From NCBI RefSeq assembly GCF_031292255.1, contig NZ_JARLHN010000012.1: a DNA stretch of 64,000 nt. One strand, written 5' to 3'. Shown here piece after piece: positions 1 through 8,940 of the stretch. The stretch is from Oryzomonas sp. (GTDB lineage: Bacteria > Desulfobacterota > Desulfuromonadia > Geobacterales > Pseudopelobacteraceae). Position 1 is the stretch's first letter; each line of letters opens with the position of its first letter. The notes beneath the pieces are model-generated. The model saw only the letters and a list, made by a program, of their open reading frames with translations, had not been told where the DNA came from and made no database searches. Made by a program: the position numbers and the translations under genes.

Positions 1-1
1 G

Positions 2-862
2 ATCGAGTACAATATCAAGAAGTGCGACGTCGTGCTGCCGTTGGTTGCCATCGCGACGCCGGTGACGTACGTCAAGGACCCGCTGCGGGTCTTTGAACTG
101 GATTTCGAGGAAAACCTCAAGATCATCAGGTTGTGCCACAAGTACAAGAAACGGGTCATCTTCCCCTCCACCTCCGAAGTGTACGGCATGTCGCCCGACC
201 GGGAATTCGACGAGGACGACTCGCCCCTCATGCTGGGGCCGATCGCCAAGGAGCGCTGGATTTACTCCTGCGCCAAACAGATGCTCGACCGGGTGATCTA
301 CGCCTATGGCATGCATGAAGGGCTCAGGTTCACCCTGTTCCGTCCCTTCAACTGGATCGGCCCCAAGCTGGACAGCATCCATACCGCCAAGGAGGGGAGT
401 TCCCGGGTTCTGACCCAGTTCCTGTACGACATCCTGGCAGAGGAGCCGATCCAGTTGGTGGATGGCGGCAACCAGCGCCGTTCCTTTACCTTCATCGAAG
501 ACGGCATCGACGCCCTGATGCTGATCATCGAGAACAAAGACGGTTGCGCCGACGGCAAGATCTTCAACATAGGCAATCCGGCCAACGATCTGTCCGTCAA
601 GGAGTTGGCCCACAAGCTGCGTGATATGGTGGCCGAATTCCCGCTCTACCGGGAAAAGGCGGAGAAATGCCGGATCGTGGAGACGTCGTCCGACCAGTTC
701 TACGGCAAGGGATACCAGGATATGCTGACCCGCGTTCCCTCGGTCCGGCGCGCCAAGGAATGCCTGGGATGGGAGCCGGTAACGAGCGCCGACGATGCCC
801 TGCGCAAGACGCTGGAATTCTACCTGGTGGATGAGCGGGAGAAGCTTTCGGAATTTCTGTAA
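2..862 (+). CDS. arnA: ArnA-like UDP-glucuronic acid oxidase/decarboxylase (extended SDR), 5'-truncated by window edge
   Basis: Frame is open from base 2 ([20 protein letters not shown]...). [14 protein letters not shown] (YxxxK), FRPFNWIGP and GYQD motifs match the ArnA decarboxylase domain. Confidence 0.85.
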   Translation: MEYNIKKCDVVLPLVAIATPVTYVKDPLRVFELDFEENLKIIRLCHKYKKRVIFPSTSEVYGMSPDREFDEDDSPLMLGPIAKERWIYSCAKQMLDRVIYAYGMHEGLRFTLFRPFNWIGPKLDSIHTAKEGSSRVLTQFLYDILAEEPIQLVDGGNQRRSFTFIEDGIDALMLIIENKDGCADGKIFNIGNPANDLSVKELAHKLRDMVAEFPLYREKAEKCRIVETSSDQFYGKGYQDMLTRVPSVRRAKECLGWEPVTSADDALRKTLEFYLVDEREKLSEFL

Positions 863-962
863 TCCGGGGATCAGGTGCCGAATTGCCGCAAAGATAGAAA
901 TCGGTTATTGCTCAGCACTGTCCGGCCTGGTCTTTGCATCGGAATTGAAACCCTACCCTGTT

Positions 963-1077
963 CCCTCCCCGGCCTTCGGCCACCCTCTGCCAGTGGGAGG
1001 GTGGCTGATCAGTATCCCTTCTCCCATGGGCCCCAGAGAGCCTCAGGGAGAAGGTGCCCCGGCGGGGCGGATGAGGG
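963..1077. repeat. REP-like intergenic palindromic element (two inverted hairpin units)
   Basis: CCCTCCCCGGCCTTCGGCCACCCTCTGCCAGTGGGAGGG (963-1001) is followed by an inverted relative, CCCTTCTCCC...GGGAGAAGGTGCCCCGGCGGGGCGGATGAGGG (1016-1077). Confidence 0.65.
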
Positions 1078-1215
1078 GGATTTTGACGTGTGCAAAAACC
1101 TAACCGGACATTACTGGTTATTACCGTATGTTGGCTCATCCGGAATCCAAAATGGCACATCGTGTTTTCCGTATCTTTCATGTTGAAATGAACCCGGTGA
1201 TTTCCCCATGCCCCG

Positions 1216-1746
1216 GTGTCTCTGTGGCGGGTGTGCGGTAACGTGTCCGGCCGCCGCGGTTTCACGCTGCTGGAGATCGTCGTGGTGCTCGTGATCATCG
1301 GCATGGTGATGACGCTGGTCATCCCCCGCCTGCCGAGTTCCGAGCATGAGGACCTGAAGACATCGGCCCGGACCCTGGCCTCGACGCTACGCTACCTCCA
1401 GGACCGGGCAGCCACCACCGGAACCACCTATTACCTGCACATGGAACCGGGCACGGACAACGTCAAGGTTATGCAGGCCACGGCCGACGGGAGCGAAAAG
1501 GAGCCCGACGACCCCTTCCTGCAGCAGCGGCCGACCAAGGAAGGGGTCCTGGTCGCGGATGTGGTCATCCCCCGCCTGGGCAAACTGATCGAGGGGCAGG
1601 TGCGGCTCGACATCGGAGCTGGCGGTTTGCGGGATTTCGTCGCCATCCACCTCCGCTCTTCGGGCGGCACGTTCTGGACGGTGATGGGATTTCCCTCCAG
1701 CGGCAAGGTCAAGGTCTACCAAGGCTACCAGGAAGATGCGCTATGA
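1216..1746 (+). CDS. gspH: T2SS minor pseudopilin GspH-like
   Basis: Class III signal RRG/FTLLEIVVVLVIIG; first gene of the H-I-J-K run. Start codon uncertain. Confidence 0.8.
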   Translation: MSLWRVCGNVSGRRGFTLLEIVVVLVIIGMVMTLVIPRLPSSEHEDLKTSARTLASTLRYLQDRAATTGTTYYLHMEPGTDNVKVMQATADGSEKEPDDPFLQQRPTKEGVLVADVVIPRLGKLIEGQVRLDIGAGGLRDFVAIHLRSSGGTFWTVMGFPSSGKVKVYQGYQEDAL

Positions 1747-2081
1747 GAGGTTTTACCCTGCTTGAGGTGATGGTGGCCCTGGCCATCCTGGCGGGTGTCG
1801 TCCTGACGGTGCTGGGGGCGGTCAATTATCACCTGACGATCATAGCCGCGGAGCAGGACAGCACCTCGCTGACCCTGCTGGCGCGAGCCAAACTGGCCGA
1901 ATTGGAGATACAGGGCGTCCCCCAGATGAGTGAAGGGACCCTGGAACCGGCCCATCCGGAACTCTCCTGGCAGGCCGAGCAGTTTCCCACCGAACTCCCC
2001 GTACTCCGGAAATTGGTGCTCCGGGTGTGGCGGCCCAGCGACAAGCGGGAGGTGGTGCTTGAGCGCTATCTCACGAAATAG
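1743..2081 (+). CDS. gspI: T2SS minor pseudopilin GspI
   Basis: MRG/FTLLEVMVALAIL; 112 aa; ATGA overlap with the upstream gene. Confidence 0.85.
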   Translation: MRGFTLLEVMVALAILAGVVLTVLGAVNYHLTIIAAEQDSTSLTLLARAKLAELEIQGVPQMSEGTLEPAHPELSWQAEQFPTELPVLRKLVLRVWRPSDKREVVLERYLTK

Positions 2082-2691
2082 GGGTTTTACTCTCCTTGAA
2101 GTGCTGATCGCCGTGGTCCTGCTGGGGATTCTCGCTGCCGCGCTGTACGGGAGTTATTTCACGGTATTGAAGGCCAGGGAGCGGTCGGCGCAAGGGATGG
2201 AGGAACGCCGGGAACTGGGCAACACCCTTGACCTCCTGCGGCGCGAGATCAATGCGGCCCGCTATATCGCCGGCGACCAGAGGCTGAGGTTCGTCGTCGA
2301 GGACCGGGACAGTTTCGGCCGGCCGGCCTCCAACCTGGAATTGACGACCCTGGCGCCCCCGTCGCCCCTTGGGGACGGACACAAGGAATCGGGCGTCATC
2401 GACGTGCAGTACCGCATGGTTGAGAAAGAGAACCAACAACTGATCCTGACCCGCAAGGAACAGGACGTTCTGCTGGAATCGACGACCGTGCCCGCCTACC
2501 CGCAGATGGAGCGGATCAGCTCCTTTCTGGTGGAATGCAGCACCGACGGCTCGAATTGGGTCAAAAGCTGGGATACGGCCCTGAACGGCGGCACGCCGAA
2601 GTACGTGCGCATCACGGTGCAGGTGGAGGAGCAGGAGGGCCAACTGGTGCAGTTTTCCGTCTATGCGGCCCCCAGGGTGACCGGCTCATGA
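2059..2691 (+). CDS. gspJ: T2SS minor pseudopilin GspJ
   Basis: RNRG/FTLLEVLIAVVLLG. Likely TTG start at 2059 behind GGAGG. C-terminal W..SWD...P..VRI motif. Confidence 0.85.
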   Translation: MSAISRNRGFTLLEVLIAVVLLGILAAALYGSYFTVLKARERSAQGMEERRELGNTLDLLRREINAARYIAGDQRLRFVVEDRDSFGRPASNLELTTLAPPSPLGDGHKESGVIDVQYRMVEKENQQLILTRKEQDVLLESTTVPAYPQMERISSFLVECSTDGSNWVKSWDTALNGGTPKYVRITVQVEEQEGQLVQFSVYAAPRVTGS

Positions 2692-3608
2692 AAGGGGAGA
2701 AAGGGTTTGCCCTGGTCCTGACCCTGGTGGTCACCGCCCTGATGGTTGCGGCGGCCGTGGAGTTGATCCACCAGGTGTACGTGGATACGTCGCTCAGCCG
2801 CAGTTTCCGCGACGGCCAGCAGGCCTCGCTCCTGGCGGAATCGGGAGCCGACGGTGGCCGGAGCCTGCTCCAGATGGTGACTTCAGGCCAGAGTTATACG
2901 TCGCTCTCGGACAAATGGGCTGTTCCTTTCAAACAGGAGGACGAGACCGGCCGCATCGAGATCACGATCACCGAGGAGAGCGCGAAGATCAATCTCAACG
3001 CATTGGTACAGGCCGACAATAGTGTTAACCAAGGTACCATGACGATCCTGAAGGGCCTGGGCGCGCAACTGCAGATACCCGATAGCGCGTGGAACGCCCT
3101 GGCGGACTGGATCGATACCGACGACCTGCCCTTGCCGGGCGGCGCCGAGAACTCCTATTACAAGACCCTGAACCCACCCTATTCGGCTCACAATGGGAGG
3201 ATGACGACCCTGAACGAGCTTTCGCTGGTCAAGGGCTTTACGCCGGACATGGTCGCCAGGCTCGGGCCGTTCGTGACCGTCTATGCCAATCAGGGGTCGA
3301 GCCTGGTTGCCCAGACCGTAACCGTCAATGTGAATACCGCCCCCAAGGAGGTCCTCATGGCCTTCGACCCACGAATTAGCGCGGGCATGGCGGAACAAAT
3401 CCTTGAGCAGCGGCAGCTGGCGCCATTCAAGACCATCGGCGAGCTGTCGTCGCGGGTTAACCCCCTGTTTACCTCGATAACCGGCCTGACATGCCAAGGG
3501 ACCGTCTTCCGGATCACGGCGCGGGGATTCGTCAAGGACGCGGCCCGCACCGTCGAGGCCGTGGTAAGGACGACAGGCAACGCGATACTGTCATGGCAGG
3601 AGTTTTGA
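2688..3608 (+). CDS. gspK: T2SS minor pseudopilin GspK
   Basis: MKGEKG/FALVLTL (no Glu5); KINLN, DWIDTD and VNVNTAP motifs of GspK. Confidence 0.9.
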   Translation: MKGEKGFALVLTLVVTALMVAAAVELIHQVYVDTSLSRSFRDGQQASLLAESGADGGRSLLQMVTSGQSYTSLSDKWAVPFKQEDETGRIEITITEESAKINLNALVQADNSVNQGTMTILKGLGAQLQIPDSAWNALADWIDTDDLPLPGGAENSYYKTLNPPYSAHNGRMTTLNELSLVKGFTPDMVARLGPFVTVYANQGSSLVAQTVTVNVNTAPKEVLMAFDPRISAGMAEQILEQRQLAPFKTIGELSSRVNPLFTSITGLTCQGTVFRITARGFVKDAARTVEAVVRTTGNAILSWQEF

Positions 3609-3641
3609 AGACCGTGGCGCCGGTTCCCGCCCCAGGAGATT

Positions 3642-5897
3642 ATGGCTCTACCGACTGATACCCAACGCCAGGTTTACGACCTGCTTTCTCAGGCATCCAA
3701 TCTCTCGTTCGTAAGCGCCGAGCAGGAGCCGGGGGCACGGGTCAGCTTCGCCCCCGGCCAGCAGGTAAGCGCCCAGGTGCTGACGACGCTGCCGAACAAG
3801 CTGACCCAGGTGCAGATCGGCACGGAACGCTTCAACCTGGCTCTGCCGATGGCGCTTCGCCCCGGACAGACCCTGGAGATGACCTATGTCACGGGGGATC
3901 CACGCTCGACCTTTGCCGTTGCCCGCCAGGGCGTCTCCGCCCCGCCGGTCAGTCTGTCGGACGCGTCCCGGTTGTTGAGCCTTCTGGTGGGCAGCGAAGA
4001 AATCGTTGACCCACAGCAGCGGGCCTCATTGCAGAGTATCGGCGATATGCTGCGGCGCTCCTCGGGAGAGGCCGGCGTTCTCGCCAACCTGATGGACGAG
4101 GCCCTGACCTATGGGGCGGAGCGCGAAGGTGACGCGGGGCCGACCATGCTGCCGGATATCCCTCTCCAGCAAGGTCGTGCCGGGCAGGGAGCCGGGATGG
4201 CGGCTGGCAGCCAGGATATCCCACCCGAGCAGGCGCGCCTGTCATCCTTCGAGGCCAATGCGGCCCAGATCCTCCGCAATATTGCCGGCACCGCGCATTT
4301 CGACCTGACCGAGGCGGCAAACCCGCCGGTAACACCGCTTCCCCTCAAGTCGGGAGAGGAGGTTGACGCGGCGGTGGTCGGCACTTTGCCCGGCGGCCGG
4401 GTGTTTGTCCAGCTTGCGGGGACGTCGCTGGAGCTGGTTGTCTCCCGGCCGGTTCAAACCGGGGACATCCTCCGTCTAACCTTCATCACGTCCGATCCCC
4501 GGCCGCTGTTTGCGCTGCAACGGCCCGCCGCCGGCGTCCCCAGCTCCCTCAGCGAGGCCGGTCGCTGGCTGAGCGCGCTGGAGCATAGCGAAAGCGGTGT
4601 TTCGGAACAACAGATGTACGTGCTGGAGCGGCTGAACACGGTACTGGAACGCTTGCCGCCGGATTCGCCGGCCTTTACCGCGATTCTGGACGAGGCCATC
4701 ACCTATCAGACGGTCATGCGCGGCCGCCAGCCTGCCGACCCGCCGTCGCCACAGCCGGACGCTGCGCTCCAGGCGGGCACGGCCGCCTGGACGGGCCCGC
4801 AGGCCGCGCTCCAGCCCGGCAGCGGCATCGTCCTCAGCGACGATATGGCCAAACTGCTCCAGGCGTTGATCAAGGGAAACCGTCTGACGCTCCTTGAGGC
4901 CATCAACCAGCAGGCCTCCGGGACCGGATTTCTGCCGGGCCAGCAGATCAAAGGCGAAATCATGACCTCCCTGGGTGGGGGGCGCTTCGTGGTGCAGGTC
5001 GCCGGCCAATCCCTGGAATTCATGTTGCCCAAAGGCATCGGGCAAGGCGACACGGTCAAGCTCTTCTTCGTCTCCGACGAACCGCAACCCACCTTCCTGA
5101 TGGCCCGTTTCGGCAAGCCCGGCGATGCGCAGGTCAGCGAAACCGGCAGGTGGCTGAGCGGATTTCTCGGCGCTGCCGGCGATCAGCTGTCGGCCCGGGA
5201 GACCCTGGGGATCTTGAAAACCCTGCTCTCCGGGCCGCCGACGGACGCCTCCCAGTTAAGCAGGTTTCTCAAGCAGGGGTTGCAGGAGGGGGGGCTGTTT
5301 TACGAATCCCACCTGGCTCGCTGGTTTGGCGGCGACTATCCATTGGAAGAGCTTTTGCGTGAACCTCAGGGCCAATTGTCCCCGCTACTCCGCCCTCCCG
5401 GGCAGGAGACGGGCGATCCGGCACAGGACGCGGCCCTGGCAGGCTTGAAAGGCGGATCGATGGAAGCCCTGGCGGTCATGGAGGCTGCGCTCAAGAAGGC
5501 AGGCGCCGCCATGGCCCATGAAGGCGTCGTTGACCAGCAGGCCCTGCCGATTGTCAAGGAACAATTGAAGGCATTGCAAAGCGGGCAAATCATCTTTAGC
5601 GGGGACCTGGTGCCGGGCCAACGGTTGGAGTGGACGGTGCGGGAACGCGAAGCGCGGCGCAATGAGTCCGGGGAGCAGGAGCGCTCCTGGGAGACTTCAT
5701 TCACGCTGGATATGCCGAAGCTGGGGAAAGTCACAGCAAGCCTGAAGCTGGATGGTACCAGGGTCAGCATCGACCTGGGCGCACCAAAGCCCGGTTCGGC
5801 GGAACGCCTGAAGGCGGGCATTGCCCGTCTTTCCGGGCAGCTTGAGGCGTCCGGGCTGATGCCGTCGAAGATCGGAATAACAGATGAAATCCCGTAA
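3642..5897 (+). CDS. FliK-like protein (C-terminal hook-length-control-like domain) with three internal repeat modules
   Basis: GLFYESHL motif and C-terminal WETSFTLDMPKLGKVTASLKL (T3S4-like); overlaps a FlhB-C-like gene. Confidence 0.7.
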   Translation: MALPTDTQRQVYDLLSQASNLSFVSAEQEPGARVSFAPGQQVSAQVLTTLPNKLTQVQIGTERFNLALPMALRPGQTLEMTYVTGDPRSTFAVARQGVSAPPVSLSDASRLLSLLVGSEEIVDPQQRASLQSIGDMLRRSSGEAGVLANLMDEALTYGAEREGDAGPTMLPDIPLQQGRAGQGAGMAAGSQDIPPEQARLSSFEANAAQILRNIAGTAHFDLTEAANPPVTPLPLKSGEEVDAAVVGTLPGGRVFVQLAGTSLELVVSRPVQTGDILRLTFITSDPRPLFALQRPAAGVPSSLSEAGRWLSALEHSESGVSEQQMYVLERLNTVLERLPPDSPAFTAILDEAITYQTVMRGRQPADPPSPQPDAALQAGTAAWTGPQAALQPGSGIVLSDDMAKLLQALIKGNRLTLLEAINQQASGTGFLPGQQIKGEIMTSLGGGRFVVQVAGQSLEFMLPKGIGQGDTVKLFFVSDEPQPTFLMARFGKPGDAQVSETGRWLSGFLGAAGDQLSARETLGILKTLLSGPPTDASQLSRFLKQGLQEGGLFYESHLARWFGGDYPLEELLREPQGQLSPLLRPPGQETGDPAQDAALAGLKGGSMEALAVMEAALKKAGAAMAHEGVVDQQALPIVKEQLKALQSGQIIFSGDLVPGQRLEWTVREREARRNESGEQERSWETSFTLDMPKLGKVTASLKLDGTRVSIDLGAPKPGSAERLKAGIARLSGQLEASGLMPSKIGITDEIP

Positions 5898-6156
5898 AGA
5901 CGAAGAACGCCGTGCCGCGGCCCTTGCCTACAAACAGGGCTATTATGCCCCGGTGGTCGTTGCCAGGGGCAAGGGAGTGCTGGCCGAGGCGATCATCGCC
6001 TGCGCACATGAAGCGGGGGTCTATGTTCACGAATCGCCGGAATTGCTCAACATGCTGATGCAGGTGGACACCGACCAGTTTATCCCGCCGGAACTGTATC
6101 GCGCCGTGGCGGAGGTGCTGGTCTGGTTGTATGGAACAGAAGGGGAGTGGCAGTAA
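5884..6156 (+). CDS. Stand-alone FlhB C-terminal-like protein (EscU/YscU/HrcU family, FlhX/YlqH-like)
   Basis: AAALAY...APVVVARGKG...IPPELYRAVAEVL aligns with the post-NPTH part of FlhB in this window. Confidence 0.85.
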   Translation: MKSRKDEERRAAALAYKQGYYAPVVVARGKGVLAEAIIACAHEAGVYVHESPELLNMLMQVDTDQFIPPELYRAVAEVLVWLYGTEGEWQ

Positions 6157-6186
6157 AAGTCAGTTTTTCGCACCGAGGAGGGAGCA

Positions 6187-7596
6187 ATGCAGATCAAATT
6201 CGGAACCGATGGCTGGCGTGGCATCATCGCCAGAGATTTTACCTTTGACAACCTTTCCCTGGTGGCCCAGGCCACCATGGATTACCTCAATCGCGACGGT
6301 TCAGGCGACAAAGGGGTGGTGATCGGCTACGACCGGCGTTTTCTTTCCCGCGATTTTGCCCGCCGAGTGGCTGAAGTGGCGGCAGGGAACGGCATACGTG
6401 CCCGCTTGACCGACGATTATGCGCCGACGCCGGCTGTGTCCTGGGCGGTTCGCGAATCGGGAGCCGGGGCGGGCATCATGATCACGGCAAGTCATAACCC
6501 ACCTGAATACAATGGGTTCAAGGTCAAGGAGAGTTTTGGCGGCTCTGCCCGCCCCTCCACCACAAAGGTACTGGAGGAGATCGTTGCGTTCAATATGGCC
6601 AATGACCGCCGGGTGGTGGCCACCTCCTTCGAGGAGGCCGTGCAAAAGGGGATGATTGAAATATTCGATCCCTGTGTGGGATATTTTCGCCAGATCGGCC
6701 GTTACGTGGATCTTGACTTGATCGCCAGGGCCGCGATTCCCGCTGTGGTTGACCCGATGTACGGTGCCGGCTCGGGTTTCCTCCCCCGCCTCCTGGCCGG
6801 CATCGATGAGATTCACTCCAGTGAGAACCCTTTATTCGGGGGACAGCCTCCCGAACCGATCGGCGAACATCTTACGGAGCTTTCCTCTCTCCTCAGGGGT
6901 GGCAAATACCGGGTAGGGCTGGCTTTGGACGGCGATGCCGACCGGATCGGGGCGGTTGACGAGAACGGTGACTTTTTCTCGTCCCACTGCATCTTTACCG
7001 TGATCCTGCGGCACCTTATAGAGCACAAGCGCCTGAGGGGCGGCGTGGTCAAGACCGTCTCCACAACCCGCATGGTGGACCTTTTGGCCCAAAAATACGA
7101 TCTGCCGCTGTTTGAGACACCCATCGGCTTCAAACACATCTGCGAACTGATGCTGTCGGAGGATATCCTCATGGGAGGCGAGGAATCGGGTGGCCTGGGC
7201 GTCAAGGGGCACATCCCGGAACGGGACGGTATCCTGCTGGGGCTTTTGTTGCTGGAGGCCGTGGCGGTCAGCGGGAAAGGCCTGCGCCGGCTTCTTGACG
7301 AAACCATGGATGAGATCGGGCATTTCTCCTACCGCCGTATCGACCGACGTATCGACTCCGGCGTGAAGGATCAGCTCATTGCCCGGCTGCAAGCCCAGCC
7401 ACCGGCTGAGATCGACGGCCGGCGGGTGGTTGCCACCAACTTCAGCGACGGATTCAAGTTCATCTTCGAGAACGGCGACTGGCTTTTGATCCGCCCCTCG
7501 GGCACCGAGCCGGTCCTGCGGCTCTATAGCGAGGCCGGAACGCCGGAGCAGGTGGACCGGTTGCTGCGTGCGGCGGAATATCTGGCAGCGGCTTGA
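6187..7596 (+). CDS. Phosphoglucomutase/phosphomannomutase family protein
   Basis: FGTDGWRG, TASHNP (phospho-Ser), DGDADR metal loop, GEESGG, RPSGTEP. Confidence 0.95.
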   Translation: MQIKFGTDGWRGIIARDFTFDNLSLVAQATMDYLNRDGSGDKGVVIGYDRRFLSRDFARRVAEVAAGNGIRARLTDDYAPTPAVSWAVRESGAGAGIMITASHNPPEYNGFKVKESFGGSARPSTTKVLEEIVAFNMANDRRVVATSFEEAVQKGMIEIFDPCVGYFRQIGRYVDLDLIARAAIPAVVDPMYGAGSGFLPRLLAGIDEIHSSENPLFGGQPPEPIGEHLTELSSLLRGGKYRVGLALDGDADRIGAVDENGDFFSSHCIFTVILRHLIEHKRLRGGVVKTVSTTRMVDLLAQKYDLPLFETPIGFKHICELMLSEDILMGGEESGGLGVKGHIPERDGILLGLLLLEAVAVSGKGLRRLLDETMDEIGHFSYRRIDRRIDSGVKDQLIARLQAQPPAEIDGRRVVATNFSDGFKFIFENGDWLLIRPSGTEPVLRLYSEAGTPEQVDRLLRAAEYLAAA

Positions 7597-8001
7597 AACT
7601 GCATGGCCCGGCTAGGCTCACCACGCAACCGACGTAAAAATATGCGGCATGAAATTAATAAGTTGACAGATCAGGGCATTGTTTTTTTAAATTAAATATA
7701 TTATAAATAAATTGCTATCAGAGGGCAAAACACGGGTACTCGTGTGGTGCCGAGACGCTTGTCCACTAAAACTCCGGGAAGAGGGGGGTCAGGACAAGGC
7801 CTGGTGCGGTCGGCTGGGCAGGCATCCCCGGTGGAGCGCACGGCCTGCCGCAGCTTGGTGTCGAGGAAGCCCATAACCCCTTCCAGAGATTAGAAATAAT
7901 AAAATTGCACTAATTATACTGTTTTATGATATTTTAGTTGCCATATATTAATTTGTAAACACTACGTCCAACAGGATGCACGAAAGAGGAGGATTACTAG
8001 T

Positions 8002-8367
8002 ATGGCGAATATTCTCATCGTTGACGATTCATCCACAATGCGCAAGATCATTTCACGCTCACTCAGGCAGGCAGGTCTGACGGTCGATGAAATATATGAG
8101 GCAGGCGACGGTATTGAAGGGCTTAGTGTGCTTGCCTCCGGCAAACCGGTCACGCTGATCCTCTCCGATATCAACATGCCCAACATGGACGGTTTGGAAT
8201 TCATCAAACAGGTCAGGGCCAACGGCAATCCGGTCCCGATCGTCATGATCACCACGGAGGGAGGGGAGGAGATACTCAAGGAAGCCATCGCGAGCGGGGC
8301 CAGCGACAGCATCAAAAAGCCCTTTACCCCCGAACAGTTGCAGGAAAAGCTGGGAGGGCTGATATGA
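8002..8367 (+). CDS. cheY: Chemotaxis response regulator CheY
   Basis: Single REC domain with VDDS, SDINMP, ITT and KPF; next to cheX. Confidence 0.85.
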   Translation: MANILIVDDSSTMRKIISRSLRQAGLTVDEIYEAGDGIEGLSVLASGKPVTLILSDINMPNMDGLEFIKQVRANGNPVPIVMITTEGGEEILKEAIASGASDSIKKPFTPEQLQEKLGGLI

Positions 8368-8870
8368 GCCTTAACGCCGACATCGCCGAAAGTGCGAGAT
8401 TTACGGAAGAACGGCTTGCCAAATATGTGATCGACGCCACCAAGAACGTTTTTTCCACGATGGTCATGATGGATCCGTCGGACGATTATCCTCTCAAGGA
8501 CCCGATCAACCGTTTTCAATGCAGCATCACCGGCATGGTCGGATTTGCGGGCATTTACTCGGGCGTGATTTCAATACACTGCCCGGTTGTCCTGGCCCTT
8601 CAGATTACCTCCAGCATGCTCGGTATGGAGTGCGACGAGGTCAACGAGGATTTAAACGATGCCATCGGTGAAATCGCCAATATGCTGGGGGGCAGCGTTA
8701 AGCAGGTGCTTTCCAAGGGTGGGATGGATGTAAAACTCTCGATTCCAACGGTTATCTCCGGTGAAGACTATACTGTCAACTCGCTTTCCGACATCGACTG
8801 CGTCGTCATTCCTTTCAGGGTCAACGACAACAGGTTTCTTGTCGGACTCACCCTGAAAAAAGAAGACTAA
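8364..8870 (+). CDS. cheX: CheY-P phosphatase CheX
   Basis: DAIGEIANMLGG (ExxN motif), SIPTVISG. Confidence 0.9.
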   Translation: MSLNADIAESARFTEERLAKYVIDATKNVFSTMVMMDPSDDYPLKDPINRFQCSITGMVGFAGIYSGVISIHCPVVLALQITSSMLGMECDEVNEDLNDAIGEIANMLGGSVKQVLSKGGMDVKLSIPTVISGEDYTVNSLSDIDCVVIPFRVNDNRFLVGLTLKKED

Positions 8871-8940
8871 CCGCGCTTTGCGGCCGCAGACGCGATAGTT
8901 GCGGCGCAGGGTGTGATCCAGGACCGAAAGACAATCCCTG

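Noticed and set aside
863-1215. Short ORFs or a gspG pseudogene upstream of gspH
   Set aside because: No prepilin motif or GspG DPWG signature; the ORFs run through the palindromic repeat.
7663-7693. Perfect TTGACA upstream of cheY
   Set aside because: No good -10 box at 16-18 bp spacing; left uncalled.
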